A stretch of 64,000 nucleotides of DNA from a virus, in IMG/VR virus record IMGVR_UViG_3300031420_000003, positions 184,417 through 248,416 of that record. One strand, given 5' to 3'. Below the pieces are notes generated by a model that saw only the letters and a list, made by a program, of their open reading frames with translations, had not been told where the DNA came from and ran no database searches. A program made the position numbers and the translations under genes. Below are positions 10,037 to 20,549 of the stretch, in pieces. How positions within the stretch are numbered: position 1 is the first letter of the stretch; each line of letters opens with the position of its first letter.

Positions 10037-10579
10037 TCAGGGACGTGCGATCTTTAAAAATACTGCGAGCGAGGATACCATGTCAGACAATCCATTGACA
10101 CGCGTAAGCCACTGCGCCAGCAGTTCGTGGTCTGCATAAGATAACAGACGGGTGTCCGGCTTCTGCGTTTGATGCGCATTACCCAGATTACGCACTTGCC
10201 CGGAGTCTCCGAACGAAGCAGCCATCATTCGACTACCGAGGCTACCAGTCTGACGCACGTATTTCGTACCATGAACATCGTTCATATACTGTTGCATCAG
10301 AATGGAGTATTGCCCAACTGAAATTTCGCGGCGTTTTCCATCGAGAAGGAATTGAACCGTCTCATTATAGAACGTATTAAAGGTAAACCCGATTTGCGGG
10401 TATTCGTCATATAATACTTCCTGAACGCTTTGCAGCGCGCAGAGACGGAAACGTGCCAGAACCACAGCACAGGCCGGGAGCACGGCGTGAATCACCGCAT
10501 CATCATGAACCAGCACCGCGTTCTGGCTAAGCAGGTCCATGTACTCTTTGATGGCCTGTTCGGCGTTATTGAAGTCCAT
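10037..10579 (-). CDS. Probable head protein
   Basis: ATG at 10579 with GGAG SD, overlapping the upstream stop; head-block synteny. Confidence 0.6.
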   Translation of the reverse strand: MDFNNAEQAIKEYMDLLSQNAVLVHDDAVIHAVLPACAVVLARFRLCALQSVQEVLYDEYPQIGFTFNTFYNETVQFLLDGKRREISVGQYSILMQQYMNDVHGTKYVRQTGSLGSRMMAASFGDSGQVRNLGNAHQTQKPDTRLLSYADHELLAQWLTRVNGLSDMVSSLAVFLKIARP

Positions 10580-11501
10580 ACTTCTTCTCCAGTTTCTCAC
10601 GCTTGTACTTGAGGTCCATCAAGCGTTTTTCCTGGTCTTTGATCAGACGCTCAATAGCCGCATCGCCATTGCCTTCTGCCTGCTGTTTTTTCCACAGCAG
10701 AATACGCAGCTCTGCCGCTTTACCGGCCGCCACACATTCGTCGTAACGGTCCATCTGCCATTCAGCGAAGTTCAGACGAGCACGGTAGACCAGTGTCAGC
10801 GGGAACGGTACCGCGCTCATGCCGAGCGGGTCGGTTGTACCTGTACCGAAAGAGGCCACGAGGTCGTTGTAGGTATCTTCATCGAAGATAGCTTCCGGAA
10901 TCTCAGCGTAGTCCGCTTTCAGTTTGTTGATAGGCGTACCTAGCACACGCAGCGCGATGCAGTAAACCATGTTCTGCGTTTTCAGATACTGCACATCGTT
11001 CGGGGCAACCGCACCACCGTCGATGTTTGACCCTTCAACCGCGTTCAGCTCAACGGCTGTCACGTAGTTCAGCAGGATGCTGCTGTACTTAACCGTGAAG
11101 TCGATGATGTCGAGCATCTGCAGCAGGGTCTGCTTGTTAAAGGTCAGCGACGAGGTCACCAGAGACTTACCGATGTCTTTGGTGATGTGCTGCTCTAAGA
11201 AGCTGCGCAGGGTCAGGACGTTCTCTAATGAAGGAATGATGTATTCCAGCATCGAGGCCACACGCAGCCCTTTCACGTTCAGATTACTGGTGCGCAGCGT
11301 CGAGACCATGTCTTCGCTCATGGCCTGCACATCGGCGTGTTTGAAAGGTTTCCCTTCCTGCGTCCCGACGACTTCTTGCAACGTTTGGAAACGTGGCAGC
11401 AGCGCTTCCCCAATCGCGTCACAGTTGGACGAGAGTTGGTTCTTCAGGTTAACGGACTCAAAGCTTGGCAGTAACATTGCCAGCATGTTCGGAATAGGCA
11501 T
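10566..11501 (-). CDS. Probable inner head protein (phiKZ gp90-like)
   Basis: Probable start MPIPNML at 11501; C-terminal coiled coil; synteny. Confidence 0.6.
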   Translation of the reverse strand: MPIPNMLAMLLPSFESVNLKNQLSSNCDAIGEALLPRFQTLQEVVGTQEGKPFKHADVQAMSEDMVSTLRTSNLNVKGLRVASMLEYIIPSLENVLTLRSFLEQHITKDIGKSLVTSSLTFNKQTLLQMLDIIDFTVKYSSILLNYVTAVELNAVEGSNIDGGAVAPNDVQYLKTQNMVYCIALRVLGTPINKLKADYAEIPEAIFDEDTYNDLVASFGTGTTDPLGMSAVPFPLTLVYRARLNFAEWQMDRYDECVAAGKAAELRILLWKKQQAEGNGDAAIERLIKDQEKRLMDLKYKREKLEKKYGLQ

Positions 11502-11511
11502 GAAAGACCCC

Positions 11512-12675
11512 TTAAAGCACCGGTTGAGCACCGGAGCGATACGCTTCGATGATTTTGTTCACGTCGGCAGAGCCAGCCTTCGCTTTGCTGAAATCGTTCT
11601 TATCCAGCTGCTGAGAACCGTTCTGACCGCGGGTGTAGATAGTGACACGACCCCATGTCTGGTCAACCACGACGTAGTACATGGTCAGGGTGTTTTCGAA
11701 CACACGCTTGCGCACGTTGAAGTCGTCGAAGTCACCACCCAGACGCGCTTCTAAGCCGTCGATGGTTTCCTGCGAAACAATCATCAGGGCCGAGGCGTTG
11801 TTGATGGACGGAGACAGGGTTAACATGCCAGACAGCCAGTTACCGTTTCTCTTCTCCATCATCTTAGAGTAATAGCCCGATTTGTCGCGGAAGCGATTCT
11901 TACGGTACTCATCGATAAGGTCGTTTGAGAACGCGATATCTTTTGCTGCACGGATTTTGTCAACCGCACCCGAACCACCGCTCTTGTTGGTCGAGACACG
12001 AATCCAACGCTCCCACATGCTACGGTTCTGTTCGCCGAGCAGGATGATGTTTTCGATTGAGGTCGTATCGGTTGAGCTGACTTCCAGACGCACACGCATC
12101 GGGACTTCCAGCTTGTTGCCATTACGCTCAAAGGTCACGCTGAACTGCTTACCAGACGACAGGCTTTCCTGCTCGCTCAGACGCTTCGCGAAATCGCTTT
12201 GCAGGGTAGCGCTGGTGCGCTCATTGCTTTTGCCATCGCGCGATTCACGTGCCACTTTACGGCGGGATGATTCACCGACCGCAAGGGCGAGGTTATCGTA
12301 TGACGGCAGCGCAAAGCGACCCGGACGTGACGACTCGCCGATTGCCAATGCACCCAGTGCACTACCGGTACGAACCGCAGCATCCAACGCGCTACGTTTG
12401 GTGGAGATTTTGTCCAGTGTGCCGATAACGTCGACTTCCGGAACACCGGTCAGCAGTGACACGGCGGTCAGGGTTTGCCCCGCCAACAGCAGCTGCATCT
12501 TTTCCATAATGCCCGGCAGATAATCCAAGCCCAACAGGCTATCTTCTACCAGCGTGGTATAGTCATTCTGTAGAACGGAGTTGAACTCCTCCAGCGAGTC
12601 CGCCCGCTGACGAAACAGCGAGGGGAAGGCAGCTAAGAACGTGATTACGCTTGACTCTACGGTTCTCTGTATCAT
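11512..12675 (-). CDS. Probable inner head protein (phiKZ gp89-like)
   Basis: 387 aa with internal AIGE-S, AVGE-S, VARE-S protease-like sites; synteny. Confidence 0.6.
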   Translation of the reverse strand: MIQRTVESSVITFLAAFPSLFRQRADSLEEFNSVLQNDYTTLVEDSLLGLDYLPGIMEKMQLLLAGQTLTAVSLLTGVPEVDVIGTLDKISTKRSALDAAVRTGSALGALAIGESSRPGRFALPSYDNLALAVGESSRRKVARESRDGKSNERTSATLQSDFAKRLSEQESLSSGKQFSVTFERNGNKLEVPMRVRLEVSSTDTTSIENIILLGEQNRSMWERWIRVSTNKSGGSGAVDKIRAAKDIAFSNDLIDEYRKNRFRDKSGYYSKMMEKRNGNWLSGMLTLSPSINNASALMIVSQETIDGLEARLGGDFDDFNVRKRVFENTLTMYYVVVDQTWGRVTIYTRGQNGSQQLDKNDFSKAKAGSADVNKIIEAYRSGAQPVL

Positions 12676-12701
12676 CTTTTTTTCTAACTCCGGAGTTAAT
12701 A

Positions 12702-13955
12702 ATGAGTAACGAGACTGAAAACGATCCGGGATATGATCCCAATACCCCGGAGGACTCCGGCTATAGCAACCCGAATAATGCGGATGCCGTGCCCTCAGTC
12801 GCGGGATACATTGATGCGCGCCGGTCTACCGTTAACCCGAACAAAGCGTTTAACATCAATGATGAGTTAACGGCATGGACGTCCCGCTTACGTTTGCTTA
12901 GCGGCCAAGGGTTGGCTGCACAACGCATGACAAACCCCCTCATGGGTTTCAACCATAGAATGGCCTCCAGCCCTGTTCCCATTAACAAGGAATACGGCGG
13001 ACTGACATTCTTTACCCGACCGGATTGCAACTTCGAGTTTGACAATATTGCTAACTCGCGTCGCTTCTCGAACATGGCGGCACAACCCAAGGGCTCGCTC
13101 GATTACTCGATACTGGCGGCACTCGACCCGGACTTTGAGCTCGGGTTTTCGGATGCTCCACGCAATGCTAATGGTCAGCGAAAAAACCGACTGGGGACAC
13201 CTTTCCACCCAGACATTCCATTCGATAACCTACAGGCTTTCATACCATTACTCAGCACACAGCTAATGAGCCTCTCGGCCCCGCCGGATGAGTCGGTGGA
13301 CGTGTGGACTTCGCAGGAAGGTTTGATGCGTGAGCAGTACGGGATGGTCGATTCCACCAACGAGGTGAACAACGCCTACACAGTGTCGGCCACCCTGAAT
13401 AACCCGTACGGTGACCCGATAATGCGCATGATGTCGGTGTGGTTGGAATACATGGCAGGGGTGAAGATGGGCAAGTTCAAGCCCAAGATTCGCAACTCCA
13501 TTCAACGTCGCATGGACTACTTCAGCCGCATCTACGGCATTCGCTACGACGCCTTGGGCAACATCTCCCGTTTTTGGACGATGTGTGTGGGCTTTCCAAC
13601 GAACAACAATGCCGGTGCAATGGCTCAGGTCGATAACTCCAAACCGTCACTAGATGATGACACCACGGTCACCATTAACTGGCAGATGTTTGGGGCACGT
13701 TATAACGACCCGCTGTACATGGAGATGTTTAACCGCTCGGTGGCTATCTTCAACCCGGACATGACTCCTGACCCCCGTCAGGAGACGTTCACCCCGCTTG
13801 GGGGTAACTCACTGGTGCCGATTCCGGCCGAGCTCTTGCCGCTGTTTAACTACTACGGCTATCCTTATCTTGACTCCGTACGCCGTCGCATCACTTGGTA
13901 CGTTTACCAAGCCGACTACCGTACTGTGCTGACCAAAGCAGGAATCCTACGCTGA
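12702..13955 (+). CDS. Virion structural protein (tail/baseplate, phiKZ gp88-like)
   Basis: ATG at 12702 with GGAG SD; TGATG coupling to the next gene; synteny. Confidence 0.6.
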   Translation: MSNETENDPGYDPNTPEDSGYSNPNNADAVPSVAGYIDARRSTVNPNKAFNINDELTAWTSRLRLLSGQGLAAQRMTNPLMGFNHRMASSPVPINKEYGGLTFFTRPDCNFEFDNIANSRRFSNMAAQPKGSLDYSILAALDPDFELGFSDAPRNANGQRKNRLGTPFHPDIPFDNLQAFIPLLSTQLMSLSAPPDESVDVWTSQEGLMREQYGMVDSTNEVNNAYTVSATLNNPYGDPIMRMMSVWLEYMAGVKMGKFKPKIRNSIQRRMDYFSRIYGIRYDALGNISRFWTMCVGFPTNNNAGAMAQVDNSKPSLDDDTTVTINWQMFGARYNDPLYMEMFNRSVAIFNPDMTPDPRQETFTPLGGNSLVPIPAELLPLFNYYGYPYLDSVRRRITWYVYQADYRTVLTKAGILR

Positions 13956-16909
13956 TGGATACTTACGACACGCTTAAAAAGAACATGCTATTGCTGGCGC
14001 ATAACCCCGCGGCGATGCAGACCTTGGCCTTAAACCAACTGGCGGCTGTTGAGGAGAACAACCAAATCGTTCTCATGGACCCAACCGACCCGGTGGTGTT
14101 TATCGCTGAGATGGGTATCATGTTGGCCCACGCCAGTATCCAGAGTCAGCGTGAGCTGCTGCCCAAAGTCTACCCGTCCATGGCCAACGACTACGACGAC
14201 CTGTTCCGTCACATGTCCGATGTGGACTACGTGGATGTCTTTGCCCAACCGTCCAGTGTGCCAATGTTACTGGTGCTGGATGTGGACTCGATTCTCTCTA
14301 AAGCCATGCCACTGGTTTCTGACGGGGTGCGCCGAGTCACCTTCCCGCGCGACACGGTCTTTAAAGTGGCGGGCTATGACTTTGCGATTCAGTACCCGAT
14401 TGAGATTCGTGTGCTGCCCTACGGTACTGTTGAGCAACCGGCGTTTCAGGTGGTGTGGTTAACCGAGAACCAGTCACCGATTACCCCGGTCTCAACGAAT
14501 GCGCTGGATTGGATTCTGACCAGTGCCCCGAACACCACGTCGCAGCTGTTGGGTATCCGCATCCCGATGTTGCAATACTCGGTGTCGTCAGAGAACAACC
14601 ACGATACCGTGGCCGGTAACAGTCAGTTCATCATGGACCGCACCTTTACCAATAACTTCTTCTACGCCCGTGTGTGGATGATGGCCTCGGGCAGCAAGAC
14701 GTGGGTTGAGATTAAGCACACGCATTCCCGTGACGTGTACGACCCACAGGTGGCCACCGGGTTGATTCAGGTCAGTGGACAGAACGTGCGTCTGACTATC
14801 CCGTCTATCTACTTACAGACGGGGTTAGTGTCCGGTGAGATTCGACTGGACATCTACACAACGTTGGGACCCCTCAGTGTGGATATCTCGTCCTACACCG
14901 GCGACCAGTTCACCTTTGGCCTGCGGGACTTTAACGGGGAGATCGATGAGACCTACACCAACCCCATCAAAGACTTCCAGATTCGCCAGCTCACTGCCGA
15001 GACCGGCTCTGTTACCACCGGGGGTCGTCTGCCGTTGACCTTTGCAGAACTGCGTGACCGTGTGGTGAACAACGCCGTGGGACAACGCCAGCTTCCCGTG
15101 ACCTTGGCACAGGCGAAATCGACAGCGAACGATTACGGTCTGGACTTGTCGGTGCCTATCGACTACGTGACGGGCCGTACGTTCCACTTGTCCTCTGCCC
15201 TGCCGGCTTCCACCGTGAAAGGGGTCAGTTCGCCGATTGGTGCCCTGACTGCCCCGCTGCTATTTAGCTGGGATGAGTTAGCAAACCTCTCGACGGTGCG
15301 GGTGAACGATAACCGCCTGACGATTATGCCCTCGACCATCTACCGTTACACCAACGGGTCGATTACCGTCGATGCGCAGATGACGGAGTTGGCCAAGAAC
15401 CTCTCGCCTGATCAACTGATTAACCTCGCCAACGCCGTGCCGTACATGTTCACCCCGTTCCATTACGTGGTGGATATCAACAACACCGCGATTGATGTGC
15501 GTATCTATCAGCTGGACAGTCCACAGGTCACGGGGAAACGCTTTGTCTCCACCAACGTGTCTACCACGCTGAGTGTGGTGTCCGGTGATTACGAACTGGT
15601 GAGTACCGAGAAAGGGTTTGCGCTGCGCGTCACCACGAAGTCCGAAGCCTCGTATAAGGCGATTGCCGATGACCAGTGCTTTGCACAAATCTCCTACGTC
15701 CCGCGTGGCTACACCGGCCAGTACGCGTACATCAACGGCACCCTGATTGGGTATCGTGACGATGAGCGTGTGTGGGAGTTCCCGCTGGAGACCAATCTCG
15801 ATGTGGACCGTAACGATGAACTGGTGTTGACCAACACCCGTCTGGCCTCTGCCAATGCCACACCGGTACCGGTGGGACTGGAAGCGGAGTTCAACGTGTT
15901 CTTCGGTGTGACCGGTTACTACCCGGGAAACTACGAGCGTGCCTCCATGGATGCGATTCTCGTGCCTCCGACCCGTGATGCGATTGGTGTGACGCAGGAG
16001 ATTTATACCCTGCAACTTGGTAAGGCGCTCTCGGCGTATTGGCGTAAAGCCCGTCCACAAACGGATGGGATTAACTACAAATACTACCAAGAGGACGTAC
16101 TGGCGTTCTACGAGTCGGATATCCTGAAGTACAAGGACGGCACCGACTCGGTGCCAGAGTACACCTACGACCCGGCAACCAACACCATCGAGTTCGTGTA
16201 CGAGCACCGCAAGGGTGACCCGGTACTGGATGACAAAGGCAATCAGGTTATCCGCTTTAGTAAAGGTGACTTGATGCGTGATGCCAATAACCAACCGATT
16301 ATTGACAAACCGCGTAGCCTTATCTTCCGCAGCGAAATGTCAGTTTACGATGCCCGGTATATGTTTGCCACCGACCCCACGGTGCAGGCGTATCTGCGCT
16401 CGGTGATTGACTACATCGTGAATGTGGTGACCGTGAAGATTCCTGCGATGGCAGGGAGCTTGCTTGACCAGACGGAAGCGTACTTCGTTCCCGTTACCAC
16501 CATGGGTTACATCCAAGCGCGTACCGAGGACGGTACCGTGACCCCGATTCAGGCAGAGAACCGCTTCACCGTCAGTTACTACTTGACGGCCGCGAACCGT
16601 CAGAACACCGACCTGCTGAAAATCATCCGCAGCAAAACCTCGAAGGTCATCAACGATTACCTCATTGCCAACAAAACCGTTTCAGCGACCAAGCTGGGCG
16701 AGGCCTTGAAGTCAGAGTTGCTGGAGTCCGTGATTGCCGTGGAAATGGGTGGGATGGGGCCAGACAGCGATTGGCGTATCTTCACCGTGGTGGGTGATGC
16801 TTCACAAGCCACCATTGGTAAAGTCCTGACGCTTGATGTTGACGGCACCATGAAACTCAAGGACGACATTGTCTTGGCCTTTAACCGCCACGACACCGAC
16901 GCCAAATAA
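13955..16909 (+). CDS. Large virion protein, probable baseplate wedge (phiKZ gp87-like)
   Basis: About 984 aa; ATG overlaps the previous TGA; TGG...AELRDRVV segment reminiscent of baseplate J/gp6-type wedge proteins; synteny. Confidence 0.6.
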   Translation: MDTYDTLKKNMLLLAHNPAAMQTLALNQLAAVEENNQIVLMDPTDPVVFIAEMGIMLAHASIQSQRELLPKVYPSMANDYDDLFRHMSDVDYVDVFAQPSSVPMLLVLDVDSILSKAMPLVSDGVRRVTFPRDTVFKVAGYDFAIQYPIEIRVLPYGTVEQPAFQVVWLTENQSPITPVSTNALDWILTSAPNTTSQLLGIRIPMLQYSVSSENNHDTVAGNSQFIMDRTFTNNFFYARVWMMASGSKTWVEIKHTHSRDVYDPQVATGLIQVSGQNVRLTIPSIYLQTGLVSGEIRLDIYTTLGPLSVDISSYTGDQFTFGLRDFNGEIDETYTNPIKDFQIRQLTAETGSVTTGGRLPLTFAELRDRVVNNAVGQRQLPVTLAQAKSTANDYGLDLSVPIDYVTGRTFHLSSALPASTVKGVSSPIGALTAPLLFSWDELANLSTVRVNDNRLTIMPSTIYRYTNGSITVDAQMTELAKNLSPDQLINLANAVPYMFTPFHYVVDINNTAIDVRIYQLDSPQVTGKRFVSTNVSTTLSVVSGDYELVSTEKGFALRVTTKSEASYKAIADDQCFAQISYVPRGYTGQYAYINGTLIGYRDDERVWEFPLETNLDVDRNDELVLTNTRLASANATPVPVGLEAEFNVFFGVTGYYPGNYERASMDAILVPPTRDAIGVTQEIYTLQLGKALSAYWRKARPQTDGINYKYYQEDVLAFYESDILKYKDGTDSVPEYTYDPATNTIEFVYEHRKGDPVLDDKGNQVIRFSKGDLMRDANNQPIIDKPRSLIFRSEMSVYDARYMFATDPTVQAYLRSVIDYIVNVVTVKIPAMAGSLLDQTEAYFVPVTTMGYIQARTEDGTVTPIQAENRFTVSYYLTAANRQNTDLLKIIRSKTSKVINDYLIANKTVSATKLGEALKSELLESVIAVEMGGMGPDSDWRIFTVVGDASQATIGKVLTLDVDGTMKLKDDIVLAFNRHDTDAK

Positions 16910-16913
16910 AATG

Positions 16914-16950
16914 AAGTACCCACCTCCCGCAAAGGAGGTGGGACTTTTCT
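16914..16950. terminator. Bidirectional terminator between convergent genes
   Basis: CCCACCTCC-CGCAAA-GGAGGTGGG hairpin with flanking A/T runs. Confidence 0.75.
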
Positions 16951-18648
16951 TTATTTCGCCATCTTGTTGCGTGTGGAGGTATTCGCTACCGCCTGCAACG
17001 ACGCCCCGGCGATACAGATGCGGCGGACCACATCCATGTTCGCGCGAAGCCCAGTCACAAAGTCATCGGACTTCATGTACACCAGAGACAGCTCACGCCC
17101 GTCACCGCTACCGCGTTTGCCTTGACCGACATCCCGCTGGATAGCATCCGCGAGGTATTTGAAGAAGTCCGGTTCGAGTTTGTTGACACCCTCGGCCCAT
17201 TTCTCAAACACTTTCATGAACTGGTCAATCTGCTGGCGCAGTGCTGTGTAGTTACTCAGTGCACCCCGGTTAGCATCCTTGGTGTAACCCTCAGGATTCA
17301 GACACACCAGTGCGGCCAAGATACCACGGGCATCGGTTGCGGTGAGTTTGATTTTCTCACGCAGGGTTTGGAACGAGCTACGGGTAAAGTACGCCCCTTC
17401 TTGCGTGGTGTGCAGGCGAATGCCGTTCACCATGTCAATCCCTTCGTCGTAACCGACCAAGTCACGCGACTGTGCAGGACCGATTAACACCGCAGGGCCC
17501 ATGTCGAAGGAGAAGCCACGGGTGGCGTCATCGACGATGCCCATCGAGGCGTTGTTCAGCTGCTCCAGACCTTCTGAGAACAACCCTACGGCGATATCAC
17601 CGGCCGGGAATACCGAACGTTGGCCTTTGGTGAACACGCCGTGTGGGTCACGGTAGTTCTGCAACAGACTCTGCTTGTCCATGGCCGCAAACCCACGCAT
17701 CATCACGTTAAAGTAATCGATGAGTTCTTTCACCGTGTTGCCATAACGCTTGTACACGAGCTCACAGGCGAACTTCATGCCGGTTGCCTGCACAGTCTTC
17801 GGCAGGCGGCTGTACGCTTCCTGAGACGTCCGTGAGTCGAACACCGCAGAGGTCACGCACATACCCAGCAGTGCATCGATGGCGTCGAACAGCACTTCGT
17901 TCTCGGCTTTCTTTCCGCCCTTGGCATATTCAGAGAACATGTTCATGAACGGTGACTTACCACCATTGGCTGCCGCGACCTTGTTCAGGAAGTCTTCCGC
18001 CTTGAGGTCAGTCAGCACTTTGTCAAGCTGTGCGGTGGAGAGGTTGTAGTGGTCGACAGACGAGGCATCTTTGGCATACGCCAGATACGCGTCTTTCACT
18101 GCTGTGATGGTCAGTGAGCCCAGTACACTCTTGCCACCGACTTCAACGGCATCAACTTTCTCTTTGACTTTCTCAGCATACCCGCTCGCATCCACATCGC
18201 CCTTGCCCCCGAACGGTTTCCCGTTTTCAATAATCCATGACACCACTTTCAGCAGTGCGGTAATGGCCAGCACGATTAAACCCATGCGCCCGGCTTTGGC
18301 CCACGACTCCAGCGCCACCAGTGTTTCTTTCTGGTGTGTGCGACTGTAGTTCGAGGTCAGGAGACGTTGTACGTTGGTCGGGATAGTCCCGGGACGTATG
18401 GACTCGACGGCCACGGCTTGGTCACGGCTTAACCCCTGACGTTTCACCTGTTCGATAACCGCTTCAATCTGCGTCATCAAACGTGCACCGTACACGAGGT
18501 CGGCATCGTTGCGTTGCATGTACAAAGAGAGCTGGTCGACAGAATCGACCTTCTCTTCCATGCGGTCTTTTAACAAAGCGCCAATTTCACCCAGACGCCA
18601 TTTGGGGTGAACATTGACGGTGCCCGCAGGCCCAGTCATTGAAGTCAT
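16951..18648 (-). CDS. Head/ejection protein
   Basis: 565 aa; VAVE-S and VALE-S cleavage-like sites followed by a hydrophobic helix; head-block synteny. Confidence 0.6.
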   Translation of the reverse strand: MTSMTGPAGTVNVHPKWRLGEIGALLKDRMEEKVDSVDQLSLYMQRNDADLVYGARLMTQIEAVIEQVKRQGLSRDQAVAVESIRPGTIPTNVQRLLTSNYSRTHQKETLVALESWAKAGRMGLIVLAITALLKVVSWIIENGKPFGGKGDVDASGYAEKVKEKVDAVEVGGKSVLGSLTITAVKDAYLAYAKDASSVDHYNLSTAQLDKVLTDLKAEDFLNKVAAANGGKSPFMNMFSEYAKGGKKAENEVLFDAIDALLGMCVTSAVFDSRTSQEAYSRLPKTVQATGMKFACELVYKRYGNTVKELIDYFNVMMRGFAAMDKQSLLQNYRDPHGVFTKGQRSVFPAGDIAVGLFSEGLEQLNNASMGIVDDATRGFSFDMGPAVLIGPAQSRDLVGYDEGIDMVNGIRLHTTQEGAYFTRSSFQTLREKIKLTATDARGILAALVCLNPEGYTKDANRGALSNYTALRQQIDQFMKVFEKWAEGVNKLEPDFFKYLADAIQRDVGQGKRGSGDGRELSLVYMKSDDFVTGLRANMDVVRRICIAGASLQAVANTSTRNKMAK

Positions 18649-19088
18649 GCTGCCTGTCCTTTCAGTTCTAACAGGTAGAAACCGATCGCTTCCAAGAAAC
18701 GGTCAGCCCACAGGGTTACAGTCGCCCAGACGTCTTCACCCACCGCATCATCAAAGATTTGCTTCACGGTGAAGGCTTCCAGTGCTTTGTAACGGCCCCA
18801 CGCCGCGTCGTAGCGGTTCAGGTACAGGCCAGACGTCAGGTCTTGAATCGACCCTAAGTCAATCTGCATGATTTCGTTCACATCCGAGATGACAGGTGCC
18901 ATCAGGGGACGCAGCAGCTGGTTAGCCGCTTCCAGTGAACCGTTCATGCCATTATCCGGTACCGGCGTGGAGAACGCGATAGAGAACGCCACCAGTGCAG
19001 TCAGGGCACGGGTCGCCTGTACGCCTTGGCCTTCGTTGGCACGTTTGAAATCGTAGACGAGTCCGCCTAAAGAAACTTTGTGTGTCAT
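18645..19088 (-). CDS. Probable head protein
   Basis: ATG at 19088 with AAGGT SD; ATGA overlap with the next gene. Confidence 0.6.
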   Translation of the reverse strand: MTHKVSLGGLVYDFKRANEGQGVQATRALTALVAFSIAFSTPVPDNGMNGSLEAANQLLRPLMAPVISDVNEIMQIDLGSIQDLTSGLYLNRYDAAWGRYKALEAFTVKQIFDDAVGEDVWATVTLWADRFLEAIGFYLLELKGQAA

Positions 19089-19125
19089 GATAATACCTTT
19101 AATCAAGTTGAGGGCGAACTGCTGC

Positions 19126-20481
19126 TTACGCTGAAGAAGCCTTCAGTTTGTTCATGGCAACAGTCAGGTCGTTAGACAGATACGATTCCACATCGCGCTG
19201 GTAGTCCACCGCGTCACGTTCACGACGGCCAGACGGAATGAGGTTCTTGTAGATGTACGCATACAGGTTGTCTTTGTCTTTCACGACTTTGAGCAACTCA
19301 TCAATCTGCGCAATCCCATCCAGCACACGTTGACGGTGTGCGTTGGCGGCTTTGGTGTTGATACCGTCCAGCGTCTTGAGCTCTTCAACCAATGCACGAC
19401 GCATGGTTTCAAAGCGCTCCTGCGGTGGATCGTAGATGGTCGCAGACGGGTCATTGGCCAGCAGACCAAAGGCGATAGAGGCAGTTGCCAGCAGCAAGCC
19501 CATCGGGTTGGTGGACCACAGAATCAGCAATGCCACACGGCCGAGTTCCAGCGTCAGGTGCACACCCATGTTCATGTACGAGGTGCCACGCAGCAGGTAC
19601 ATCGGCGCGGTTTCCAGTTTGTACAAACCAGTAGCCAGATGCGGGGCTGCACCAAAGCGGGCAGCGTAGTCATCCGCAGCACGTTCCCACGTACGGTTAC
19701 CAAACCCTTCACCACCGGTAATGTTCGGACGCTCTAACAGCGTCGCGGTCACCAAGTGGATATAGATGTTCTCTTTTTTGAACTCACGCACAATGGTTTC
19801 AGGCTGGTCGATTTTGGTGTTCAGCATGCGCTCAACGTCTTTGACAACGCGCAGCTTCTCAACATCCGACTCCATGCCCATCATGCGGTTAGCAGCCGCA
19901 TCGGCAATCAGGTTCACCACCACCCCACGCATCAAACTGCGGAAGTAGTAATAGACGTGACCCACTTCGTGCAGGATGATGGCCGCGATTTCGTAGTCGG
20001 TCATTTCCAGACCGTGCATCAGAATCGGGGTCACGTACAGCGGGCTTGACACCTTGGACAGGTCACCTGTGATTTTGGCGTTGCTGTCATCAAACGTCCC
20101 GGCCAGTTCGTTCTCTTTGATGAACTTGGTGTACGCATCCAAGTCATTGTTGCCACGGTAATACTGGCGATGGAGATTAGAGACGATCGGGTTGTTGGCA
20201 TCGAGCTTCGGTGGCTCTACGCCGGCAAAGGCAAACGCCGCCAGACCAATCTCGGAACCGTTACGAAAAGCGATAGTAATTCCGCAGTTCTCGAACACCC
20301 ACTTTTCAACACCGGAGTTTTCATACCCAGCAGGAGAGAAGTCACCGGCGCGCCGAAAGGCTTCAATCAATTCCGCCAGTGTTGCAAGCTTCTTTTTATC
20401 TTGGAATCGAATTGACTCCGCGGCGACGAGCTTTAGCTCAGCCACCGTCTTGGCGCGTTTAGCCCAGTAACCTTTCATCAT
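19126..20481 (-). CDS. Virion head protein with zinc metalloprotease (M48-like) motifs
   Basis: ORF extends to 20547, probable start 20481/20478 (GAAGGA SD); LHEVGH plus downstream ERAADDYA..FG...LATGLYKL; hydrophobic segment; VAAE-S site. Confidence 0.65.
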   Translation of the reverse strand: MMKGYWAKRAKTVAELKLVAAESIRFQDKKKLATLAELIEAFRRAGDFSPAGYENSGVEKWVFENCGITIAFRNGSEIGLAAFAFAGVEPPKLDANNPIVSNLHRQYYRGNNDLDAYTKFIKENELAGTFDDSNAKITGDLSKVSSPLYVTPILMHGLEMTDYEIAAIILHEVGHVYYYFRSLMRGVVVNLIADAAANRMMGMESDVEKLRVVKDVERMLNTKIDQPETIVREFKKENIYIHLVTATLLERPNITGGEGFGNRTWERAADDYAARFGAAPHLATGLYKLETAPMYLLRGTSYMNMGVHLTLELGRVALLILWSTNPMGLLLATASIAFGLLANDPSATIYDPPQERFETMRRALVEELKTLDGINTKAANAHRQRVLDGIAQIDELLKVVKDKDNLYAYIYKNLIPSGRRERDAVDYQRDVESYLSNDLTVAMNKLKASSA

Positions 20482-20549
20482 CTTTCCTTCTAAGAAAATT
20501 ACGTCTCCACTGGATGCTATAGAAGCCCTATATAGCTTGAGAGACACCC

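Noticed and set aside
15278-16294. 338-aa minus-strand ORF inside the large baseplate gene
   Set aside because: Antisense shadow ORF with no motifs; the same applies to those at 8017, 11077, 11882 and 27614
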